64,000 bases of DNA. Origin: Longimicrobiales bacterium. GTDB lineage: Bacteria > Gemmatimonadota > Gemmatimonadetes > Longimicrobiales > Gaopeijiaceae. The position numbers and the translations under genes were made by a program. The DNA lies in contig CBDBCF010000001.1 in the NCBI GenBank assembly GCA_965202985.1, positions 2,400,001 through 2,464,000 of the forward strand, in the 5' to 3' direction. Below, in pieces: positions 33,564 through 44,000 of the stretch (positions within the stretch are counted from its first letter, which is position 1; every line of letters begins with the position of its first letter). The notes under the pieces were generated by a model, which saw nothing but the letters and a program-made list of their open reading frames with translations, was not told where the DNA came from and searched no databases.

Positions 33564-35321
33564 CTAAATTCGCGCCTGCACCGTGTAGAGCTGGTGGTAG
33601 CGCCCGCGTCGCGCCATCAAGTCGTCGTGACGACCCCTTTCCACGATGCGCCCGTCTTCGATCACGAGGATGAGGTCCGCACGCTGGATGGTGGACAGAC
33701 GGTGGGCGATCACAAGGGTTGTGCGCCCGCGGAGCAGCTTGGCCAAGCTTTTCTGGATCAGGGCTTCGCTCTCGGTGTCCAGGCTCGACGTGGCCTCGTC
33801 CAAAAGCAGGACCCGCGGCTCGGCCAAGACGGCGCGGGCAATGGTGACGCGCTGGCGCTGTCCGCCCGACAGCTTCACGCCGCGCTCGCCGATCACGGTG
33901 TCCAAGTCGTCGGGAAAGCGGTCGGTGAACTCGGTGACGAACGCTTGCTCCGCCGCGTGTTGCAGCTGCGCGTTGGAGGCGTCGGGTCGGGCGAAGAGCA
34001 GGTTCTCGCGGATCGTGCCGTCGAACAGAAAGTCGTCCTGAAGCACCAGCCCCAGCTGCCGGCGGTAGGACGACAGCCTCACGTCGCGGAGATCGACGCC
34101 GTCCACCACGACGCGCCCTTCTTCCGGCTCCAGGAACGTGGCGGCCAGCCCCGCGATCGTCGACTTGCCGGACCCCGAGCTTCCCACCAGCGCGATCACC
34201 GTCCCCGGCGGCGCCTCGAAGCTTATGCCTTTCAGTACCGGCTTGTCGTCCTCGTAGCGGAAGTGCACGTCCTCGAACACGATGTGGCCGTCCACGGGCG
34301 GCATCTCCATCGTGCGACGGGGATCGTCGTCCTCCCGGGGGCGAGCCAGCAGCTCGGCGGTGCGATCCAGTCCTGCGAACGCCTCGGTCATCTGCGTGCC
34401 GATGTTCGCCATCTGCACCACCGGAGCCACCAGAAAGCCCAGGAACACCGTGAACGAGAAGAGCGCGCCGATGGAGATCTGGCCCTCGATCACCAGGTAG
34501 CCGCCGTATCCCATGACCAGGACGCCCGCGATCCCCATGAACAAGGCGCCCATGCTGGTCACCATGCTGGACATGGTCAGCGTGGTCTTCACGTTGTCGA
34601 AGATGCGCATCACGCCCGCGTGGAAGATGTCCCCTTCCTTGTCCACCGCGTGAAAGCCCTTGATAATGCGGATGCCGCCCAGGGCCTCGGTGAGCCGCCC
34701 CGTGACTTGCGCGCGGATTTCGCCCCGCTCGCGGAACGCCGGCCGCAACGTCTTGAACGCGCGCGTGGACACGAACGCGAAGCCGCCCAACGGACCCACG
34801 GCCAGCAGAGTCATGACGGGGCTGATGCCGATCAGGTAGACCGCCGCAACGACCGCCGTGATCGTGCCCCCGACCAGCTGCACCAACCCTGTGCCGACCA
34901 GGTTGCGCACGCCCTCCACGTCGTCCATGATCCGCGACACGAGTTCGCCCGACTTGGTGTTGTCGAAGACGCGGACCGGCAGCTCCAGCACGTGCTTCTG
35001 CACCTGCGAGCGAAGGTTGGCGATGAGGTTCTGGGCCTCCACGCTCAACAGCATCGTCAGCGCGTAGGATGTGCCCGACTGCACCACGACCGCGCCCCCG
35101 ACCGCGCCCAGCAGCAAGTACAGAAGCCGCATGTTGCTCTCGCCGATCACGTCGTCGATGAGGTACCGCGTGGACGCCGGCAGCACCAGCCCCGCCAGCC
35201 GGTTGAACAGGATCAGCACCAGCCCCAGCAAGATCAGCCGCCGTCGCGGCCAGATGATTTCGCGGAATGCGCTCTTCAGGCTCGATCCCGAGATGCGCTT
35301 GGCGGGCTTGGTCTTGGTCAT
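33564..35321 (-). CDS. ABC transporter permease/ATP-binding fusion (MsbA/MdlB-like exporter)
   Basis: Transmembrane domain, GSSGSGKST, LSGGQRQR, LLLDEATSSLD, IAHRLSTI. Confidence 0.93.
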   Translation of the reverse strand: MTKTKPAKRISGSSLKSAFREIIWPRRRLILLGLVLILFNRLAGLVLPASTRYLIDDVIGESNMRLLYLLLGAVGGAVVVQSGTSYALTMLLSVEAQNLIANLRSQVQKHVLELPVRVFDNTKSGELVSRIMDDVEGVRNLVGTGLVQLVGGTITAVVAAVYLIGISPVMTLLAVGPLGGFAFVSTRAFKTLRPAFRERGEIRAQVTGRLTEALGGIRIIKGFHAVDKEGDIFHAGVMRIFDNVKTTLTMSSMVTSMGALFMGIAGVLVMGYGGYLVIEGQISIGALFSFTVFLGFLVAPVVQMANIGTQMTEAFAGLDRTAELLARPREDDDPRRTMEMPPVDGHIVFEDVHFRYEDDKPVLKGISFEAPPGTVIALVGSSGSGKSTIAGLAATFLEPEEGRVVVDGVDLRDVRLSSYRRQLGLVLQDDFLFDGTIRENLLFARPDASNAQLQHAAEQAFVTEFTDRFPDDLDTVIGERGVKLSGGQRQRVTIARAVLAEPRVLLLDEATSSLDTESEALIQKSLAKLLRGRTTLVIAHRLSTIQRADLILVIEDGRIVERGRHDDLMARRGRYHQLYTVQARI

Positions 35322-35330
35322 GGGCGACGG

Positions 35331-35954
35331 CTACCGGACCTCGATGCCTTGTTCCGCCACGATTTCAAGCTCGTCTTGATCGTACGTGACGACTCTCGTT
35401 TCGTCGGTTTCTCGTTCTAGTCGCACCAGGATGCAGTCGATGCTCTTCGATTCGGTGCCGGCCGCCGCGAGGCCGCGTACGCATGAAAAGCTGTGCGTGG
35501 TGGCGACGACCTGAACGTTGTTCTCGCGCGCTCCCTGCAGAATCGTGCGCCACAAGTCGTAGTGCACAGAATAGTGAAGTCCGTTTGCTATTTCGTCGAG
35601 GAGCAGAAATCCGTCACTTGCATCGGCCATGGCCAGGGCAATGACCGCGAGTGCTTTCTCTGCTTGGTCTTCCGCCCTTGCCAGCATGTGGTCGTTGCCC
35701 AAGTCGTCAAGTTGCTCGATGGACGCAACACCGGGACCCAAGAAACGACAGTTCGCGACGGGCGCGTCGGCCAAGTTCTTGCCCCGGGCCGCGTGCGCTC
35801 GAATTGCCTGGAGAACCGTCGTCTTGCCGGAGCCGTTCTTGCCCACCAACAGCGTGACGTGGCCGAGCCTGGGAATCCGCAGATGCCTGATGTCCCGGAA
35901 GCCCGATATCGACAGGCTTGGAAGGTGGAGCCCGTTCGCTGTGTTTGTGGCCAT
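35331..35954 (-). CDS. Short ABC-type (AAA_21-like) ATPase, probably internally deleted
   Basis: LLVGKNGSGKTT, LLLDEIANGLH, VVATTHS, C-terminal GIEVR. Only ~207 aa. Confidence 0.65.
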   Translation of the reverse strand: MATNTANGLHLPSLSISGFRDIRHLRIPRLGHVTLLVGKNGSGKTTVLQAIRAHAARGKNLADAPVANCRFLGPGVASIEQLDDLGNDHMLARAEDQAEKALAVIALAMADASDGFLLLDEIANGLHYSVHYDLWRTILQGARENNVQVVATTHSFSCVRGLAAAGTESKSIDCILVRLERETDETRVVTYDQDELEIVAEQGIEVR

Positions 35955-36018
35955 CCGAATCACCTTGCGATTGCCCGGTCCAGGTCGAGACGAATCCTAC
36001 CGGGGCGGGGCGATTAGG

Positions 36019-36699
36019 TCAAGCCTGGGCCACCAGTTCACGCCATTGCTTGCAACGCGCCGTCCCGAACGGCGCCTCGCGGGCCCAGTCCACGGCGGCC
36101 CTAATTTCGTGGTGCTGGACGCACTCACTGCCGTACTTTGCGCCTCGGATGAGTTCCCTCAGCGGTGCGAGCGCGATTGTCTCTTGCTTGCGACGCTCGC
36201 GGTCCAGCGTCCACGTGTCCAGCACGCTGAACTCCCAGTGAGCCAAGTCCAGTGGATCAGGTTTGTACTTGCTTGGACGGCGCTGATCCTCCTCGTCCGG
36301 GCGACGCAATAGCGCGAAAATGTAGATGTCCGCTGTCCGCTGAGGTGGATTGAGTTCTCTTGTCATGTTGGTCTCCCCATCCCACTCCTGCTTTTGCGGC
36401 GTGATGCGATAGCTGATGTCAGTCGCCGTATCCTGTGGCCAGGATTGAGCATAGGCCGCGCTCTTGACCTCGATCTTCCGTACCCCGTAGAGAATGTCGT
36501 AGGCGACCCATTCCTTGCGAGGCTCGGAAGCCACGCCCAAGGCTTGGGCCACGAGGAATTCGGCCACGATGCCTCGTTGTGTGTTGTCCAGCAGTCTCGA
36601 GCCGGACCACTGCCAGAAGTCCAAGACGTCGGCAACCTTCGGGCCGCGCTCAAAGTGAAAGGCTTTGTCGGGACGCAGCGTTCGCACGGATTCCGTCAT
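36019..36699 (-). CDS. Putative PD-(D/E)xK nuclease
   Basis: RGIVAEFLVAQALG...WVAYDI...KIEVKSAAYAQSW (E...D...ExK). TGATG overlap with the NYN gene. Confidence 0.6.
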   Translation of the reverse strand: MTESVRTLRPDKAFHFERGPKVADVLDFWQWSGSRLLDNTQRGIVAEFLVAQALGVASEPRKEWVAYDILYGVRKIEVKSAAYAQSWPQDTATDISYRITPQKQEWDGETNMTRELNPPQRTADIYIFALLRRPDEEDQRRPSKYKPDPLDLAHWEFSVLDTWTLDRERRKQETIALAPLRELIRGAKYGSECVQHHEIRAAVDWAREAPFGTARCKQWRELVAQA

Positions 36700-37322
36700 C
36701 AGCCCATCCCTATCCGCCTGCCCAGATCGACCGGCGTCACGAGACGGCTGTTCGCCAGCGGCTCGCCCGGGGGTGACCGCTCCAGGAAAGTGATGCTCTC
36801 GTAATGGTCGTCCAAGGCGACGAAGCTGCCGTTCCGCTCTGCCCACTCCCGCATTCGGCGGTTGCAGCTGTGTCGCCACGACAGGACTTCGATGTGCCAT
36901 CCACGGCTGTGCATTCTCTCCAGGTCGGCATGGAAGCCTACGCCCGATTCAAACCCCGCGCCGTCTCCTGTGAGCAACACGGCGATTCCTGGGTCTCCGT
37001 TGTGGTCGAAGGCGTCCCGAAGCATTGCAGTCTGGAGCACGTGGTCGACTCCCTGTTCTCCGCCGTGCATGGCGCCGCGCTCCAACAGGTGCACCGTAAC
37101 GCCCTCGTTCTCCATATGGTTCCACACATGGCGTAGCTCCGGCGGAATCGAGCCGACCGCCACCGCGTGCTCAACCTCGCGCTCGGCTCGCGCCAGCTGC
37201 AGCAAGTGACCGAAGTGCACCCTTACCCGGAACCGCGCTGCCTCCCCCTCGCGCTTGGCAGCGACATCCTTGGCGCTGATGAAGATGTTGGAATTGTCCC
37301 AGTAGACGAAGACCCTCTTCAT
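36699..37322 (-). CDS. NYN (PIN-like, LabA/DUF88) domain ribonuclease
   Basis: VYWDNSNIF, EQGVD, LLTGDGAG, VEVLSW-like segment, FVALDD. Confidence 0.85.
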   Translation of the reverse strand: MKRVFVYWDNSNIFISAKDVAAKREGEAARFRVRVHFGHLLQLARAEREVEHAVAVGSIPPELRHVWNHMENEGVTVHLLERGAMHGGEQGVDHVLQTAMLRDAFDHNGDPGIAVLLTGDGAGFESGVGFHADLERMHSRGWHIEVLSWRHSCNRRMREWAERNGSFVALDDHYESITFLERSPPGEPLANSRLVTPVDLGRRIGMG

Positions 37323-37504
37323 TCTTCACCGCCTTCTTGCAGTCGTTCGTTCGTGAACGCGAGAGGTCAGCCAGCCACCGCTTGGGGTCTGGTCGCGGGC
37401 ATCCGCCCCTCGGCCGACGGACCGCACGCCATCAGGAGAATCAAGATAGCCAAGTCGCATGTCCTCGGTACGCGCAGGGCGTCGGCAAAAGCCAGTCAGG
37501 TGAA

Positions 37505-37600
37505 GCGCCACCGCCCGCCCGGAGGCGACGTCGCTGCGCTCGCGACGGTTATGGGTGAGGAGGCTCTGGCGCGTGGCCTACCCGGCGCGGACGGTGGCGC
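37505..37600 (-). ncRNA. Predicted ~96-nt three-way-junction structured RNA upstream of the NYN gene
   Basis: Closing stem GCGCCACCGUCCGC(G)CCGG / CCGGGCGGGCGGUGGCGC; inner hairpins GGGU-AGGC..GCCU-ACCC and CGUCGC..GCGACG. Begins 6 nt after TGG-TATATT. Confidence 0.5.
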
Positions 37601-37606
37601 ACGGAC

Positions 37607-37615
37607 AATATACCA
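37607..37615 (-). promoter_or_regulatory. Putative extended -10 promoter
   Basis: TGG-TATATT on the minus strand. Confidence 0.45.
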
Positions 37616-37749
37616 CCTGGGGGTGTCAATTGCCAGTTTTTTCTGCGGGGTGCCTTCGCGGGGCGCGGGATCGGGCCGCCGGTCCGGGGGTTGGAAGCGC
37701 CGGTTCGGACGTCGAAACAGGCCAGCCCGAGTGTCGGGAGTGCCGGGGG

Positions 37750-39697
37750 TCAGCGACGGGGCGGCAGGTACTCCACCACGGTACCGTTCGCGTTCACCAC
37801 GCCCACGGGGATGCGAAGGATGTCGCCGACCAGACGGGTTCCTGGGAGCGGGTCGCCGGGCTGGGCGGGCGACGGTTGCAGGGGAAGGCGGTACTCCTCC
37901 GCCGCGCTTCGGTCGACCTGCTCGTAACCCATGTCCTCCAAGGCCGCGATGGTGACCAGGCTCAGGGGATTGTGGACGCCGCCGTCGATGAACCCGGTCA
38001 TGAGTTCGTGGCGGAAGACGGACTCGCGCCAGTGGCCGTTCCAGGTGCCTTCGCCGCCCAGGTTCTCCACGGGGACCTTCGCGCCGTCCACGTAGGTGCC
38101 GCCACCCAACGAGTCGAACGCGGCTACCGCGGCGGGGCCGGTGAAGTGGGTGTCCTCGTCGCCCACGCCTCGGGCGGGTTCGGCCAGCAGGCCCTGGCGT
38201 TCCCAGACGGCGCCGAAGCCCAGGACGTGGGCCATCTCGTGGAGTATGGTGCCCTCCAGGTGGCCCCGTTCCTCCAGGGCGGCCATGTCGGCGACGTCGA
38301 AGGCCATGAGGCCGGCGATGGGCAGGCTGGATTCGCCGCGGATGAAGCAGGGGCCGGCCAGCCCCAGGATGCCGCCTCGACCGTCGATGGCGTAGACGTT
38401 CGCGAAGACGAGCAGGTCGTCCACCACGCGGTTGCCGGGAACGTCGACGGCCAAGTCGCCTTCCACTTTCTCGGCGCAGGGCTCCAGGTCCTGCTTGGAC
38501 ATCTCGACGGGGCGCAGGTTGCCCCCGACGGCCCGCTCCCAGATCGCTTCCGCCCGCTGGAAGACGGCGCGCTGGGCGTCGGTCACGAGGGAGTTGCTCA
38601 TATGGTGGACCACGATGTCGTAGACCGGGGGCGTGGCCATGGCCGTGAAGGTCGCGGACGCCCCGGACAGAGGACCGCCCGTCACGACGGCGACCAGGAT
38701 GTTGGCGGCGTCGGGCTCGGGTCCCAGCGTCCAGCGCTCCGGCGCGGCAAGGCCGGCGGGGTCGGTGACGGTTTCCGCGCCCTGCACCGTTCCTCCTCCG
38801 CCGGTGACTTGGAAGACCACGGGCACGTCCGGGACACCGTTGCCGTAGGCGTCGGCGATCTGCACGCGGGGGGGCACGGCGACGGGGATGCCCGCTTCCG
38901 CCTCTTGCCCGTCGCCGGCCACCACCGAGACGGCCGTTGCGGGGCCGGGCAGCGCCTGCGCTTCCAGCCGAGCGGGCCGGTCCTCCAGCCGCGTGCCCGG
39001 CACAGTGGCCAGCAGGACGTAGGTGCCGGACTTCGTGCCCAGCGTCCAGCTGCCGACGATGGCTCGGCCTTCGGAATCGGTAACCTGATCAACCCCCTCT
39101 GCCACGGCATCCCCCATCGCCGCAAAGACCACGCGGACCCCCTGCACGCCCCGGCCGGCGGAGTCGGAGACGACGACCGCGGGCGGTACCGGCACCGCCC
39201 CGCCGACCGGAACGCTTTGGTCCTGGCCCACCACGAAGACGATCTCGGCAGGCGCGGCGCTGGCCGTGGCCGTGAACTCGGCCGAACCCACGCCGTCCAC
39301 CGTGGCCCGGAGCCGCTGGGGGCCCGGCGCGCCGAGAGTCCATGCGCCTGGCGTGGCAATGCCCGAAGGGGTCGTCGCGGCCCGGACGAACTCCACCGAG
39401 CCCCCGCCTTCCACGACCTCGAAGGCAACGGAGACGCCGGCCACTCCAGCGCCGCCAGCGGTCGCGACCCGTACCAACGGGAACCGCGCCAAGGCGTTCC
39501 CCGCGAACCCCGCCTGCCCGTCGCCCGCGTGAGCCACGACCGCGGCTGGTTCGCCCGGGTCGGCGCCGGGGCCGGTACGACCGTCGTCGGAGCATGCCAC
39601 TGCGACCAGGAAGGCCACGACCAACCCGGAGCGCAGGGTGCCGGCCTTCCGGATGAAGCGCGGGTCCCAGGTACGGTGCGGCCCGGAGACAACCCAT
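37750..39697 (-). CDS. Lipoprotein with bacterial Ig-like repeats and a leishmanolysin-like (M8) zinc metallopeptidase domain
   Basis: Lipobox VAVAC; three Ig-like repeats ending WTLG; IDGRGGILGLAGPC, ILHEMAHVLGFG, GHWRESVFRHELMTG. Start uncertain. Confidence 0.8.
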
Positions 39698-39711
39698 GGA
39701 GCAGATCGCGA

Positions 39712-39757
39712 TCCTTGAAGATCCACAGTTGACTTGGCGATTTTCAAGGAATATCGT
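39712..39757 (+). promoter_or_regulatory. Sigma70 promoter with an overlapping inverted repeat; likely leaderless transcript
   Basis: TTGACT-N17-TATCGT-N6-ATG. TCCTTGAAGATC-N15-GATTTTCAAGGA (11/12 match) flanks the -35. Confidence 0.5.
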
Positions 39758-39763
39758 TTACTC

Positions 39764-40921
39764 ATGATGATCAACCGGCCTAATCCCCTGGGGCGCATCG
39801 GCGACGCCTTATCGGTTCATCCCGTCGCCGCCCTGACCGGACCGCGGCAGTGCGGCAAGACGACCCTGGCTCGGCAGGTCGCCGCCACCGCGCCCAGGAG
39901 CGTCTACTTCGATCTGGAGGCCGCAGTCGACCGGCGTCGGCTCGCAACGCCGGAACACGCCCTGCGACCGCTGAGCGGGCTCGTGGTGGTGGACGAGGTG
40001 CAAAGGGCGCCGGAGCTGTACGAAGCGGTGCGGGTGCTCGTTGACCGCCCGGACAACATGGCTCGATTCCTGTTGCTCGGGAGCGCGTCGCCCACCCTCG
40101 TGAAGGGCGTCTCCGAGTCCTTGGCCGGTCGTGTCGGGCTTGTGGACCTTGGCGGCTTCGACATCGGCGAAGTGGGGGCGAATCAGTGGCGCGCACTGTG
40201 GGCTCGCGGCGGGTTCCCTCGTTCCTTCCTGGCCGGCGACGACTCCGGTTCGGCGGGATGGCGGCGGAGCTTCGTCCGCACGTTTCTGGAGCGCGACATC
40301 CCGCAACTGGGAATCCGGATCCCCGCGGAGACGCTGCGACGCTTCTGGACGATGATCGCCCACTACCACGGGCAGGTCTGGAACGGGGCGGAGTTCGCGC
40401 GGGCGCTGGGCGCCAGCCAGGGGACGGCCCGGCGCTACCTCGACATCCTGGCGGGCGCCTTCATGGTGCGCGTCCTGCCGCCCTGGTTCGAGAACCTGAA
40501 GAAGCGCCAAGTCAAGTCGCCCAAGGTCTACCTGCGGGACTCGGGGCTTCTGCACATCCTGCTCGGCCTGGACGACGGCGACGCCGTGGCGGGCCACGCC
40601 AAGGTCGGCGCATCCTTCGAGGGCTTTGCGGTCGAGCAGGTGCTGGCCGCCTTCGCCGACGCCGACGCCTACTTCTGGGCCACGCACGCCGGCGCCGAGC
40701 TGGACCTGCTGCTGCGCCACCGGGGCAGGCGGTACGGCTTCGAGTGCAAGCTGGCCGACGCCCCCCGGTCGACGCGCTCGATGCGCACGGCCCTGGCGGA
40801 CCTTCGCCTCGACCACCTTTGGGTCCTCTACCCCGGCGAGCACACCTACGCCCTCGACGACCGAATCACGGCGCTGCCGGTGGCCGAGGTGCCCGGATTG
40901 GCAGGAGAACTGGGCGGCTAG
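39764..40921 (+). CDS. AAA_14 ATPase with DUF4143 domain
   Basis: LTGPRQCGKTT, VVDEVQ, LLLGSAS, ESLAGR, KSPKVYLRDSG, ELDLL...FECK. Confidence 0.9.
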   Translation: MMINRPNPLGRIGDALSVHPVAALTGPRQCGKTTLARQVAATAPRSVYFDLEAAVDRRRLATPEHALRPLSGLVVVDEVQRAPELYEAVRVLVDRPDNMARFLLLGSASPTLVKGVSESLAGRVGLVDLGGFDIGEVGANQWRALWARGGFPRSFLAGDDSGSAGWRRSFVRTFLERDIPQLGIRIPAETLRRFWTMIAHYHGQVWNGAEFARALGASQGTARRYLDILAGAFMVRVLPPWFENLKKRQVKSPKVYLRDSGLLHILLGLDDGDAVAGHAKVGASFEGFAVEQVLAAFADADAYFWATHAGAELDLLLRHRGRRYGFECKLADAPRSTRSMRTALADLRLDHLWVLYPGEHTYALDDRITALPVAEVPGLAGELGG

Positions 40922-41080
40922 CGAGCGCCGGAAGCGTCAACGTCCGAACCATCTCCAGCTTCCTCCTTTGGTTGAATGATCTGTTGCCGGCAGCAAGTCT
41001 TGCGCCGATGCGGACCGCAAGTCAAGGACGGCGCAGCGGTACGGGCTGGCCGGGGTCGGCCCAGACCGCGGAGCTTCGAG

Positions 41081-44000
41081 CTACGGGTCCACCGTGCGCG
41101 CCTTGTTGGAGATCGTCGGCTCCAGCACCAGCTTGCGACGCCACTCGGCGATCCGGTCCGGGCCGAGCCCAACGACCCGGCTAACCACAGCGTCCAGCTC
41201 CGCCCGCACCGGACATTGGTCCATCTCCGGCCACGGTCGAAGCTCCTCGCCCTGCAGCCGGTCGAAGGCGTCGGCGAGCGCGCTTGCGTCGGTGGTGCGC
41301 GGGTCGGGGCAGGGCAGCGCTCGCAGCTGGTCCAGGGAGTAGGCCGGATAAGTAAGCTTCTTCGAGCGTCGGTTGAGGAAGAGGACTGCGCCCGGCGTCG
41401 AGTTGAGGAACGCGCACCAAGCCTTCTGCACGCGCAACGAGCGCTGGGCCGAGTGCCCAGACATGCGTGCGTCGAGACGCAAATAGCTCGCTCGGGGCGT
41501 CACGGGGACCCAGGCGTTGCCCAGTACCGGCTGATCCAGCATCACGGAGGTGGTACGGATCGCCTGGGGGTTGATCTTCAGCGCAACAAGCAACCGGCTC
41601 GCCTTCGGCCACAACGCATTGCGCGCATAGTCTCCCTTGGTCGGCTTCGGTTCCGTAACGCAGTCGACCGTAGTCCTCATCGTGATCTGTCGGGCGGTCT
41701 GATGGCGCCACATGACCGAGTACTGCGGCTCCGGGTCGTGTTTCAATGGGTTGACCATCGCTCCTCGTATCGCCCGCCCCGCAGGCTCCACCAACGCTAT
41801 CTCGCCCAGCGGTCGCAGCGACGCCAGCGACTCGATCTCGTCGGCGACGAAGGCCAGCTCGCCGTCGAACCACTGCGCGGGGGACCAGTCGCCCTGCGCA
41901 ATGCGCTCCTCGGGCCACTCGAACAGCGCGTGCCACTTGTGCGGGCGGCGTTCATGGACGGCGGACACCCAGTCGCGGATCTCCTCGATCTCGGAAGGGA
42001 GTTCGACCTTCTGCGCGAGCGACACGAACAGCGTTGGGGCGTTGGCGTTCTGCTCCGTCTTGCGCCTGCACACCAGCAGCGACTCGTGAATGCTCGTGTT
42101 CTCCGAGAGGTTGGGGCGCTTCGGGTCGTGCGTCGTGACGATCACGTCCACGTGGAAGCGTCTTGCAAGGAACTTGCGCTCGGCCAGCCCGGACGTGCTG
42201 GTGCAGGCGGTGGTCGGCAGCACCTTTCCCAGCACGGCCACGTCCTTCTTCAACAAGGCGTCCGCCATCGGCGTGAAGAAGGTGCTTACGCTGTTGAAAT
42301 CGATCACCTCGCCGGCCGCCCGGTCGGCCCTCGCCACCGTCTCCCGCAGGCTCTGCTCCTCGCGCTGCATCCGCTTCAGGTCGTCCTTGTTATATTTGCG
42401 CCCCCGCTTGTCGTTGGCAGTGTAGGGCGGGTTCATCAACACGACGCTCTGGTTCCTCAGGTCCGGCGCGGGACCGTGCCTGTCGGGCCGGCCCCGGTCC
42501 ACGATCCTGGCGGTCTTGGCGACCCCGAACAGGTCGGGCGCCCGGCCCGCCACCGCGTCGCGCAACAGCTCCAGGCTGCCCAGGCGCACGGTTCCGTCGG
42601 GCTGCGGGCCGTGCTGGAGCGTGTGCAGCGACATCGCCTCGTAGTTCACGCTCGGCGCGCCCAGCGTAAGGTTCGACGCCGCGAGCTGGGTGGCGTGGTA
42701 GTTGATGTCCACGCCGTGGAGGGACTGTTCTACAAGGTCCTTGTGCGCCTGGGCCAGGTTGTCGTCGTCAAAGGCGCCGTGCGCAAGTCCGCGATCCTTG
42801 ATCGTCTTGAGCGCGGCCATGAGCAACGTGCCCGTGCCGCACGCGGGATCGAGGATGCGGAGGCCGGTCGCCGCCTCGTAGTCGGACCATTCGACCAGGT
42901 CGGGCGCAAGCGCCAAGCCGGCGAGCATGAGCGCGGAGACGTTGTTCGTGTAGAACGCCCCGTCGCTTTCCGCGCTTCCCAGGATGCGGTGGTACAGCGG
43001 CCCGGCGTGGTCGTAGCCCAGCTCGTTGAGCGAATCCGCCAGGCTCTCGGCGCGTTCCGCCAGCACTCGGACAGCACTGCGCAAGGATGTTCGGGAAAGA
43101 TTCGGGGGGGGGGGGGGGGGGCGACATGAGAGTCGTCCGTCAGGAGGGCCAGCGCGGGGCCGAAGACGGGCTCGTAGTCCTTCTCGAGGATCGATTCCCA
43201 GGCTGCGCGGAGACGTTCCGCCGGGTTTCCGGGCGCGCGCGACGGCGTCCAATCCCGGCAAGTCGGCCCACCCCTCCGAATCCGACTTGAGGCGTTTGTG
43301 CAGCAAGCAGGCGTTGCAGAGGAGCAGGGCGGCGACGGTTGCGATCTCCTTGTCGGGCGCGGCCGGCAGTTCCAGGACGTCGCGGGCCGAGTCCAGGATC
43401 GCGTCTTCCGCCAGAAAGTGGTCGGCTGCGACCTTCACGGCGTCCGCAATCGTCTCGGCGGTCATCCGGCCGGGCTTGCCCAAGCCGGAGGCGGCTCCGA
43501 TGTGTGTGAAGATGCTGGCGGCGTCCACGGGCTTCAGGTCGAACTCCAGGTTTCGCTCGTGGTGGGCGAGTCGTTGCCCCCGCGGCGGCCGGTCCATGTC
43601 CTGCGTCTGGTGGGCCGTCACGAAGCTGGCGGTCGCCTCGGCCAAACGCTCGTCGTGCGCCTGCAACGCCCGCAGGACTTGCCCGATCGCCCGGTAGTCG
43701 TCGTCCCGCCTAGCCAGCATGTCGACAACGTCCTCGCCTTCTTCCAGCGCCACCGGGACGACGATGTAGCCGAACCGCTTCCCTTCGGCCTTGCGCATCA
43801 CGCGCCCTACCGACTGCACGATGTCGATCTGACTTGCGCGCGGATCAAGGAACGAGACCGCGTCCAGCGCAGGCACGTCCACGCCTTCCGTAAAGAGTCG
43901 GACGTTGCAGATCATCCGCGATTCGTTGGTGCGGTTGGCTTCGTTCAGCCAGCGGAGCTTCTCGCTGCGCTCGATTGCGCTGTGCTTGGCGTCCAAGTGC

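Noticed and set aside
37540..37600. HDV-like ribozyme suggested by GCCTCCTC
   Set aside because: I could not build P3 closure or the P1/P2 nested pseudoknot.
37607..37629. Canonical TTGACA/TATATT promoter on the minus strand
   Set aside because: The spacer is only 11 bp; kept only as an extended -10.
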